Shown piece after piece: positions 49,978 to 61,200 of a stretch of 64,000 bases of DNA; position 1 is the stretch's first letter; each line of letters starts with the position of its first letter. Source of the DNA: Psammoneis japonica (taxonomy: Eukaryota). The stretch is from contig QPGO01000056.1 of NCBI GenBank assembly GCA_008632985.1, positions 338,406 through 402,405 of the forward strand, given 5' to 3'. A program made the position numbers and the translations under genes. The notes under the pieces were generated by a model. The model was not told the origin of the DNA. It saw only the letters and a program-made list of their open reading frames with translations, and searched no databases.

Positions 49978-50424
49978 TGCAACACACAGCTGCCAACGAG
50001 AGTCAATGCATCACGGCGACGTGTCACAGCCTTCAAATGTCACAAAGGGCGTGACAAAAATGACCTTTTGTCTGCATGCATGCTGCACCATGAATTCACA
50101 GCGGAGTGGTTCATCGCAACCATCAGGCAGGAGGCCAGGGGTTCGAAACCCTGAGTGGGAGTTGTCTGCAGCAACGTTGATCACTGTCGAACGCGTGAAA
50201 CTCTGTGCAGTTCTGTGTGTTCCTTCGCACGCACCCACGCTGTTCCGCCAAAACCGTGCAGTGTCAGCACACGTCAGTAAAGAGCCGCATGGATGCGTGA
50301 TGCATGGGGAGGAGTGCAATGTGCAGCCACCAATGAGAGCCAATGTGTCACAGCGACGTGTCACAGCCTTTAAATGTCACAAAGGGCATGACAAAAACAA
50401 CCTTTTGTCTGCACGCATGCTGCA
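49978..50424 (+). mobile_element. TRIM (miniature LTR element, 447 bp) with 110-bp LTRs
   Basis: LTRs at 49978-50087 and 50315-50424 (TG..CA), PPT ggggaggag at 50306-50314, 4-bp TSD CAAG on both sides. Confidence 0.9.
50092..50160 (+). ncRNA. tRNA-like module (A box, D-arm, B box/T-arm) inside the TRIM; not a complete tRNA
   Basis: CAGCGGAGTGGTT (A-box-like), GCGG/TCGC D-stem, CAGGGGTTCGAAACCCTG T-arm. The anticodon arm is short and unpaired. Confidence 0.6.
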
Positions 50425-53400
50425 CAAGGTCGCCATCAGCAGTGGAGGCCAACAGCAGGCCAACAGCAGGGTTCTTGAAGGGGCAAGATGGCAGGGCAGG
50501 AGGCAACGACATGCAGAGCAAGATCAACACCACTGGAGAAAACCACACACTGGCAATGTTGCTCTGCACTCTGCATCCCAGGAAAGCTCACCAGACAAAT
50601 GGGGTGCGACAACCTGAGGGGACTCAATGTTGAAAGAAGGTGGATGCTTGGCAGGTCCACAGTCTGCCAAGGTTGCCTGGGCTCTTTAAATCTTTCCCTG
50701 GCATGTTTTAAAGCATGTTGGAAGGTTTCTAAAGCCACACCAGGCCAGCTGCATTGTGGCGGTCTTGTGGCTCCTGGAGTTGTGAGCCTTTGCTTTTGCC
50801 AAACTGAGCTTGGTTTTTTGTCATTGTCCACCCTGTCTCCAATGGCTGGCGCCCCAGTGGCCCCAAATTTGGGACCTTTTCTCTGTCTTTCAACTCTCTT
50901 GTGACCCAGCTTTCAACTCATCCACCAGGGACTCACAGCTGAAAATGTTCAGACACACTGCTTCCCACTGATTTTTGACATTTTTCAGGGTGCACGCGTG
51001 CACACAGAATGGGTGTTGCTGGGTGCAGCAATGAGTCCTCAGGGTGTTGCTGGGTGCAGCAATGAGTCCTCAAGCAATGCTGAAAGGGCAAACTCTTCCA
51101 ATGTGGCATGTGAATGTTGTCCACTTTAGATCTGTGTAAAAAATGTTTTGGAGTGCAACAACAGATGGGCAAACATTGCCACACAAAATCATGACAATCA
51201 GGTTGGCTGCAGCACAGCAAACATTTTGTTTGACATTCCAGTCAACAAAGGTCATCATTTTTGGAAATCTCAGTTGATGCCATCACAGCAAGCATCACAT
51301 CAAGCTTTGTTCTGCCAGCAGCAGTGGCAGTGGCAGATTGTTGAGTTCAAAAGCTGTCTGTTTTGGTTGGCTTTTGCAAGATTTCAATGTGAAGCATTTG
51401 TCCTGTCATTTTGTGGTGTTCACCCTGTGCATGGCAACAAGCTCTTGCACAGATTTGTGCTGGAGCTTGTGTGCATCCTGACAAACTCATGAGCCCTTGT
51501 TGCCACCTGCACTCCTCACCAAAGCTTCGCTGCCTGCTGCTCTTGCTTTGGCAGCACTTCCCCTCTTGCAGCTTTGGCACGGGTCTCTCATGCACCAATG
51601 TGCACTCAGTTGCTCTCCTCCCTGCTGCACTTGTCCAATTCTTTAACTTGCAAGGCTTTGACAAATTGCCAATGCATGAGATTTGTGCAATGTGGGTCAT
51701 CAATGACCACAAGCTGTGAATTGGAGCAGCTTTGAACTTGTTTGTGCATTCCCTGGTCATCTGCCACATGTCAGCCCACTGCTTCTCCCCACACTTCCTC
51801 AGCTTTTTTTGTTCATGAGGATCAGGGTTGGGGTCAGTGCCAGGGCCAGGGCCGCATTGTCCCAAACTGTTTCTGAACAAGCTGGTCATCACTGCCCTCA
51901 TTGGGGCCAACCAGCTGATGAAAAGCTGAAAAATCTGGCTCAACAGTGGCTCCCTTGAGCTTGCAGACTTTCATGAGGATGCGCCCATTTCAGGCTTTCT
52001 GCAACATGTCACAAAATCTGGCTGCACTTGCTGAGGCTGGTGCCTGCCAGATGCCAGATGCAGCCATGGGCCGCAGCTGCTCCAGCACCTGGTTGCTCAA
52101 TTCAAGAACACAACAATGTGACAAGTTCATGGCTCAGCTCAGAAAATTGGTTGAGTGCTCCAGAGATCATTTTTTGTTGTTTGCAAAGCAATTGTGGGGC
52201 ACTTGGGCACTGCAGCCATGCAACAAAAGACATCTTTCATGACCCCAAGATTGCCTCATCTGTTGCTCATGTTGTTGCATGCAACAATGTTGGCATTGCA
52301 ACAATCTAAAATCACCAACAGCAGGGCACCCAAAACTTGTGGGAACACAAGTTCAATGGGTCACAGCAGCTCAGAGAGACTGCCCACTCTGGAAGAGCCA
52401 GTGCAGAGTGCCCACGCATTTTGCTTGCCATGGGTCAAAAACCAACACACTGAGGATCATCTGCCTTTGAGCTTCTGCTCATTTTGCCCTGTGCAGTGTC
52501 CAGGGGGGCGGGCACCAGCAGGTCATGCGCACCTGTCAGGGAAGGCAAAAACAGAAACCACAGATGGGTGTGAGCCACAAGGCTGGCAGTTGAGGTTGGG
52601 GCTCAATGCTCCAACATGGGAACCCTTGTTGCTGTCATCAACATGCCCAGACCTCTCCAATGACAGCAGCACACCATTTTTTTTGGCAATCTTGACAGCA
52701 GCCAATGCAGGCTGTGCATTGCAGCTGGCTTCTAAAGCTCCAAAACCTCCACCTCACTTGACAAAGTGGTCATGCAGTGGCCACGCTTGTGCCCTCTTTT
52801 CTCTTGCCCCACATCTCTCTCAAAAGGTCAGAAAAACCTTGCATGTGGCAGACAATGCAGTGCAAAGCAATGGCATGAGGGAGGCAGTTGAGTGAACAAA
52901 CACATGTTTCTCATGTCAAAAAAGAGCACTTTGCAACAAGTGGGTGGAGAGCTGTTGCCTGCCACCTGCCATTGCCAGCTGTTTTTTGATGGCTTGCATG
53001 CATGAGCTGGTTGCAGCAGTGCTGCACTGACTCCTCTTTTTGTCTCACCCTCACATGCCCTGTGCATCTTTGTGTGAAAATGCCAGCTGAAAAGTCAACG
53101 AAGTTGTGCAGCACTTTGCCACACAGACAAGTGCAAAAATGAAAAAGTGTTGAGCCTGCAAGTTTGAGCCCAGCCCCTTTCCAAACAAACCAAAATGAGC
53201 AAATGCCAAACATGGCACACCAGCAAATGAAAAACTTTTGAACAAACAAAAAGCAAAGACATGCTGCTCCCTGGGGATCTGCTGTGTTTTTCAAGCTGCT
53301 TGTTTGGTGCAGAATGGGTGTTGCAATGTGTGGCACAGAATTTGTGCTGCAATGTGCAGCAATGAGCTCCCAAGTGATGTTGGTGCCACAAACCCTGCCA

Positions 53401-54329
53401 TTGCAGCATGCAAATGCTGTCCATTTTGGACATCTGTGTCAAAACAAAAAAGTTTTGGCATGCAAAAAATTTTGCCATCAACACAGCACAAGAGTTTCTC
53501 AAAGATCACAACAACTGGCTCAGCTGCAGGATCAGAGGCCACAATGTGGTGGTTTCCACTTTCCTCTGCAAATTTTTTGACGTGCATTGTCAACATTGTC
53601 AACAAGCAAAATTTGAAAACTGCCGGCAACAGTGCTCAACAGATTGCAGTTGTTTTTTGTGTTTCATCTGATGTCTCATTGGCTTTTCTTGCACAAGCTT
53701 CAATCAAATGCGTGCAATGTTCAACTCAATTGGAGTTGACATCTGTGTTTTGTGATGCACAGTTTGGTTTCCTTTTGATGATCATCAACCTGAACTTGGT
53801 TTCCACTTTGGTCCTCCTCAACTCACGTGCATGTGTTTGCACGTGTGCAGTCTGCTTCATGCACACACATGACCCACCCTCCATTTAAATTCCTCTTCAT
53901 GCTTCGCAGATTTTTGCGGCCCCTTGGTGCACCGTGTTTTCAGTGTTTTTTCACATGCACAATTTTCTGCACACTTCACAATGGTGCACCCTCTCCCCAA
54001 AAATCAAAAAGCAAGAGCATGTGCTGTTGTGATTGACGTGGATTCTATGTTTGGTCACAAATCTGCAAATCGACAACCGGCCATGGTGGTGAAAGACTTC
54101 ACCCCATTGGCCGATGACAGCAGCTCAATGCATGGTGAAACCTGCTGTCCTTCTGGTTGGTCAAGACAGGTTTTGATTTGGGAACAGCTTGAGTTTTGTG
54201 ATCATGAGTGTGCTGTCATGAATCTGCTGCATCCAGAATGCTGAGCTGCTGGTGTGTTGTTGTGTGCATGGTTGTTGTGTGCATGCACGTCACAAACTTG
54301 CTTTTCTGCAGCATTGGGACAATCGCGCG

Positions 54330-54915
54330 TGTCAGAGTTTTGCATCCAGAATCATCACAAGTCACCACAAATGACACTCTTCAAACAAAAGGCATGCACA
54401 AAAAGAGGTTCATTGGTTTTTGATGCACTCGCTGACAGTGCATCTGTCTTCTCCAATTTCTGTGTCCAGATCAAGAAAGACTGCAGGTGGTGCTTGTTCC
54501 TGCAGCTCTCAGAATCACACGCATGAAAAGTTCTTTGCCACATGTGACACTCCTCAAAAAAGGCATGCACAAAAGAGCTTCATTGGTTTTTGATGCATTC
54601 ACTTGTGTCACGTCCATCTTCTCCAATTTTTGTCCAGATCCAGAAAGACTGCAGAGGCAGAGAGTGGGGGGGCAACCCATTGGAGGTTGCCTGAGTTGTT
54701 GAGCTCATTTTTAAAGGCTTCCCAAGTCTCTCTGCTGTTTCTGGTCCATGCTCTAAATGTGCCATTGATGAACCATTCACAGCACAGGTGTGGGGTGAAC
54801 TCAGTCATTGCCATGTGACTTTGTCGTTTGTGCTGCACCTTGCACAGTGTGGTGCACATGCAGGCAATGCTTGTTCCCACAGCCATTCCAGCAAGTGCAT
54901 TCTGTGGCACTCAAA
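54330..54915 (-). mobile_element. Second Penelope-like RT fragment with an internal duplication of about 170 bp
   Basis: MAVGTSIACMCTTLCK..WFING..WTRNS..W..FKNELNNSG.L.W aligns to ORF 46792..47439. About 54345-54486 is repeated at about 54508-54654. Confidence 0.8.
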
Positions 54916-55018
54916 ATGTTTTTTGCTTGCTCACATGCTTTCTTTCTGTGTTTTCTTTGAGTTGCAGGGGTGGAGCTGGGTGCTCAACGTCTTGCACCTT
55001 GCACCGGTGTCCACATTG

Positions 55019-55510
55019 CTCCAGAATCAGTGGCACCAGATGAACCGATGCACCGGCAAGTGTGTGCTGCCATTCATGCCAGCTCATCTGTGTTGTGCTC
55101 TCACAATGTGCTCTGTGCTTTTTGGCAACAAACAAGGTGGATCACAGCAACAGCACTTCTGCTGCAAACTCACCTGCTCCAGAATCAGCAGCAACAGATG
55201 CACTGGCAAGTCCATGTTGCCGTTCCTGTGGGTCATGTTGGTTCATCTGTGCCACACTCTCACAACATGTTCCACTCTTTTTGGCAATGAATGAGGTGGA
55301 ATGGAGCAGCGGCACTTCAAATCATGGAACAGCAGCTCCTGCTACAAACTCACCTGTTCCAGAATCAGTGGTGCTGGATGCACCGGCAAGTCCATGTTGC
55401 CATTCATGTTGGTGGTGTTGGTTCATCCACGCTGCACTCTCACAACACATTTTGCACTTTTTTGGCAATGAACAAGGAAGGTGGCTGCCAGCAGCGGCAC
55501 TTCAAGAAAG
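55019..55510. repeat. Three tandem units of about 160-180 bp
   Basis: tccagaatcag..gatgcac(c/t)ggcaagt..ctctcacaa..tttttggcaa recurs at about 55020, 55178 and 55358. Confidence 0.85.
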
Positions 55511-58500
55511 CAAGCTGCAACTGCTGCTGCAAACTCTGGGGTGTTGTCTCCATCAGCATCATTCAATTAAAATGCAAACAACAAAACGGAATGTTTGTGG
55601 TGCAGTGCAAATGATTTTAATTTACAGAATTCGCAGGGACAGAGGGTGGGCACTTTCATGGGGAAAACGTGTCCCTGTTTCACAGTGAAACATGTTTTCC
55701 TCATGGGGAGGGGGGGTCTGATCCCACAGCACAAAAATGTTCATCTGTCACAGTTGACATGTTGTTGCCAGCTGCACAACTGTCAAGGTTTGAAACAATG
55801 GAATTTTGCCTTAGATTTAAAAAAATGACTGTGAGAAAGGTGGTCTGGATCACCACAATGCGTGTGCTCTGATGCGCCAGCAACAAATGTTGTTGCTCAT
55901 TGTTGAGGCCAACCAGTTGCTGTTGTTGGAGCTCAGTTGATGCTGTTGCAATGAGCATCACACCACACCTTGTTCCTCAAGAGCAGATCTTCTGAATTCA
56001 AAACCCACCTGTCTTCCATTTGCCAAAACTTTGCACACCTTGGAAATCCAGCAAGTTGCTGGCATTTGTGAGATGTCAACATTGTCTTGCCAAAAGCCAG
56101 GCCTTCCTTCATGAAACCCAGCACAAAGTTTGTCTGTGATTGCACCATGCATGGCAGCAGGCTCTGATGCAGATTTGTGCCAGAGCTTGTGCATCCTGAC
56201 AGACTCACAAACCTTTCCTGCTCTCAGCACCTCACCACAGCCTTGCTGCGTGTCATTTGCCCCAAGCACTTTCTTTTTTCTGCAACTGTCATCAACATCA
56301 TGAGTGTTGTCATGAAGAAACACACACACAAAATGACCTTGAGCCACTTGTCTGTTGCAAAGCACCACCAAGAAACCCAGCTGATCTGAAGCCAGAAAGC
56401 AGAGGAGCAAGATTGAGCAACACACCCAAACAGCCATTGGAGCAACCCTGAGACAGATCTCTTCTTTTGGATTCCTTGTCTTTTAGATTCCTTGGGCCAA
56501 AAGCAGAAAGCATGCTGCAAGTGCATTGAAAAAAATGTGTGATGAGGGGGTGCCATTTTTGTTGTTGTTGGACATTCTGAAGAAAGGTGTTTGCTCTTTC
56601 TTGGACAAACCAGGGTGTGATTTGTCAGTGGTGCTGACCTGAGCAGCAGGCATTTGCCACACCAATGTTTCAATCTGTCTGGATGGAGAGTGCAGACCAC
56701 CAACAGAGGGGAACTTGTGGCCCACCCTCTTTTCCATTGTGTGGAAAGTGATGCTGGAAAGTGACATGGCAGACCTGACTTGGGCTGTGGCTGGCATGCC
56801 TTTCACAGACAAGTGCTTTGTCCAGCATCTGAAAATTCTTTCTTTCCAAATTTGTTTGCAAACACATCAAGTGTGTGAAGTGACAGGTTGACACATGGCA
56901 GATGATGACCAGGGAAGGTGTGAACAGATGCAAAGCTGCTCTGGTTCGCACAGCTTGTCATCCATGACTTGCGCCACACAGACTTCATGAGCTGGCAGTT
57001 TGCCAAAGCCTTGCAAGTCAAAAATTGGGTGAGTTTGACAGTGGGAGAGTGGCAAAGTGCGTGTGGACATGCAAGAGACTTGCATCAAAGTTTTCCTCCT
57101 CCTCCTTCTCTGAGCCATCTTCAGAGGCCCAAAGCTGCGCCTTTCCAACCAACAAACCCCACAGATCACCAGCACTTTGGGCAATGTCATGGGCCCCAAG
57201 TGACAACCTCCCTGAAATGCCATGGCCTGCATTGGGTCAGATGCAGAAAGAAAAAACATTCATCAGGTGGGGAAGATGCAACAGGGGGGCAACTCACCAT
57301 GCTGGTGACAAAGCTGCAGCATTTGTTGTTTCCATTTGCAGACTGCTTGACCAACCCAGTCAACTTGAAGCTGTTGAAAACTGTCCACAGCAAACAACCA
57401 TCCAGCTGCTGCTTCTTTCCCAACTGTTTCCTGACAAGCTGCCAAGCTGTTCATTGCCATTCTTGTTGGGGCAAATTTTCCAACAAAATGCTAAAAATTC
57501 TGACTCAAAGTGGCCGCTGCACTTGCAGACTTTGGTGTCACCAAGTGCGCACCACGATTTCCCATGAAACCCATTTCAGCTTTTCAAGAACATGTGGCAG
57601 ATGACAGCACAACAAATCTGGGGCCATGCTCATGGAGACTGGCATCTGCCAGACAGTTAAAAGCTGTTCTTCTGGCACCTGGTTGCTTCACTCAATGACA
57701 TGTGACAAGTTTCACCAGCCCAGCTCAGAAAATTGATTTGAAGATTTTTGTTCTTGTTCCACAATTGAAAATTGTGGGGCACTCAGATGGCACAATTCCA
57801 AGATTGTTCCAGCTGTCACTCATGTCATCACATGCAATGATTTTGGTGCAGCAACAATCTTGGGTGTCCAGCAGCAGCAGGAGAGTTGCTGACCACTGGG
57901 CTTGGACAAAAAAACTCATGGAAATGCTTTTCAAGGGTTGCAGTGGCTCAGTGGGGAGACAATCCACAATGGATCAAAAATGAATGTGCCAAGGATGTGT
58001 TTTACAGACAAGCTCAAAGCTTCCTTCCTTTCTCTTGTGAGTTTCACCTTCACCTCCAATGCTGTGCAAAAGTGGGCCTCTGTTCTGGATGTGCTGGGCA
58101 GTGGCCAGGGCACCAGCAAATCAGGAATGCCTGCTGGGGGGAGCAAAAAAGGGAGCCAAACAAGTGGCAGCTGCAAGGCAGTTGAAGTTGAAGCTCCGTG
58201 CTCCAATGTGAAGATTTGTGCTGCCATCAATGCCAGAAGACCACATGCACACACACACTGGATCTCTCAAAACAGCGCTGTTTTCTTGGCAACCTTGGTG
58301 GCAGTCAATGCTGGCTCCTGGCTGCATTGCAGCTGGCTTTTGAAGCTCTGAGACCTCTGCTCAATTGGCAAGGTTGTGTTTGAGCAGACAAAGACACTGC
58401 ACTTTCTTTTGTGTGTGCACCTGCCAACTGTGCTCTTGATCAAATGGTTGTTTGTGCCCTCCTTTTATCTCTCTTGCACTGTCTCCTCCCTCAGAGAGTG

Positions 58501-59169
58501 CAGGGTTGGAAGAACCTTGCACAGCAGATGTCACAATGTTGGGCGACAATGCAAAACAGGCAGCAAAAAAAAGCACATTTCTCATGTCAAAAGGAGCCCT
58601 CCGTGACAAGCAGGTGGAGCTGCTGCTGTGCCATCTGCCACTGTGTTGACTCATCCATGCCAGTGGTGTGGAGTGTGGATGAGCAGGTTGCAACTGCACT
58701 GGAGGCTTCTTTCTTGACAACCATCATCACACACCAAGCCCAAACCATGCCCTGTGCACTCTTGCATGAAAGTGCCAGTTGAAAAGTCAACAAAGTTGTG
58801 CTGCACTTTGCAGCACAGTGTGCCAGAGAAACAAGGGCAGTCAATTTGAGATTGAATCTTGTCAACCCCCCCACCCCTGTCACAACAACCCCCAAGAGAG
58901 TGTCAATGCTCAAGCACACAAACAAAAACTTTCATGTTTCCTGCGCATTTTTTTTGTGCTTCCTGCATGTTTTTTGGGTGCCGGTCTGAGACACATCTCT
59001 GCAGAGCTTTGCACCTCAGCCAGCCAAAAGTCTGCAAGGCACCAGCATCAACCAGTGGTCATTGTGTTAAAATTGATTGTCGGCCCCACCAAAAGCAAAG
59101 AAAAAAAGCAATGAAACATGAAATGTGCCCATGTGTTGCTTGTTGCATGTGCGTGCTGTGCTGCGGTGG

Positions 59170-61200
59170 TTGATCATCTGTGTGTCCTCCTGTCTGTGTG
59201 GTGGTTCCGTTGCCGCACGCTGCAACAGAGCAAGTCGTCCATCCGCACATGTGGAATGCGATGCAACACTCCGAGTGATGAAGCAACACATCTGATGAAC
59301 CTCCCGACTTTGACCACTCTTCCCATGTTCACTCCACTCAAATTGCCGCAAATGTCAATGATCTTCACACTGCCTGTGCCCGGGTCACTTCCTCCCTTCC
59401 TGTTGCATCTCTCACTCCCAAATGCATGGAGCTCATCAAACAGCTCTGTCCACCATGCAAACACCTGCCCCTGTCTGCTGCACCATCTGCCTGACACCAC
59501 CAATCCACCCCCACCCCCCTGCACTTCACCACCGATGACCTCCAAAAAGCACTGGCCAAATGTCAGCCAGGCAAAGCACCTGGAGCGCCTTTGCTGATTC
59601 TGCTGACCTTCTCAAGGCCTGTGCTCTCCACTGCTGCTCTACGTCAACATCCTCTTCACACTCCCACCGGCTTGCTTTCAAATGCCTGCTTGACCTCATC
59701 CTCACAGCAGATCTTCCCACTTCCATCAAACCTGCCTTCTCACCCAACTGTTTCCTTGCCCTGCACAAGGGCTCATCCAACCTTTCCAAACTTTGAACAG
59801 TCGGCATTGGCACAGCTCTGCAGAGAATCAACTGCACCCTTGTTGTGTGTCTCCTTGCTGCCACCTTCGCTGCCAACCTCCTCCTCTCTGGCCAATTTGG
59901 CATTGGTGCCAAAGGCAGCCTCAACTGCCTCATGGACACCACTTGCACCAATGTTGAATGCTTCTTTGAACCAGACTCCGCACCTGCAAAAGCTCTCCTC
60001 CTTCTCAACCTTTCTAATTGTTTCAACGAATGCTCTCGCGACACTTGCCACGACACCCTTGCAACCTCTGATGAATGCCGTGCCATCGTGCCCTTTTTTA
60101 ACCTGCTTCACCAAGACCCCAACACTTGCTGGTGTCAAGACCATCAACTGCAATGGGCCTCCTTTTCTCAACCTGAGGGATTCACCCAAGGCTGCCCCCT
60201 CAGCCCTGCTTTCTCCTGCCTCATTCTCACCCGTGCATTCACCCCCATCAACGATGAGTCACATCACCAGCTTTCTCCCCAATCCAAGTCTGCTGCTTCA
60301 TCACACATTGATGACACCCATGTCTTCCTCCCCTTTTCCCAGCTCCCCTGGTTTCTCAAATGGCTTTCCACCTGCGGCCCCCAATTTGGCATCAAGCTCA
60401 ACACTTCCAAAACAAAAATTCTCACATCTGCCACCGGCACTCCCCCCATCAACCGCCTCCCACCCACCAATGCCAAGGCTCTCTCCAAAGCCCTCACCTT
60501 CCTCAACCCCAACAACGACTCACACATCAAGCCCAAAATCACCACGGGCATCTGCTTCCTTGGCCAACCCATTGGCTCATTCGTCTTTGCCATGAACTTC
60601 CCACATGACAAAGCCACCTCTTTTTGCCACAGACCTTCATCAACTCACAACCCATCTCACCGACAAGCAAACACAAAGTGCCCTCTTCCGCAAATGTTCT
60701 GTCCCTTCCATTGCCCACCTCCTGTCAGCTGATGCATGCTGCAACCTCATGCACTCCAGTGACCTTCTGCCCCCTTTCCAATGGACATCTCCCTTCACCA
60801 ACAAGATCAGCGGCCACTCCCTGTGCTTCCCATCCCACCTCACCCAACACACCAACCCTTTCCCTTCTGCTGCCAAGCTCATTGCTGGCCTCCCCATTGC
60901 TTTGGGTGGCATTGGCCATCCCAACATCTCCGCTGTCGCCACCCCAGCTCTCACAACCTCCCTCACCAGATCCATCTGACACACCAAACATGGCATCCCA
61001 CTCACCGGTGGCAATGTTTTCCATCTCCCTTCAAGCCACTCTGCCACTCTTGGTTCATGGTCCAACCCATGTTCCACCCTTTCCCTCTGTTGCATTTTCT
61101 GCTGCTGTGCCCCCTGCCCTTCTCCGATTTGACTCTCCTCTTCCTTCACCTGACCAGAGACAACCAGCTTGTTCACAGCAGAGTCACAACTTGAGACAAA
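59170..61200 (+). mobile_element. Non-LTR retrotransposon (CRE/SLACS-like RT), decayed
   Basis: LALHK..KL*TVGIGTALQR, QFGIG, NLSNCFN, EGFTQGCPLSP, SHIDD, GIKLNTSKT. C-rich sense strand. Confidence 0.85.
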
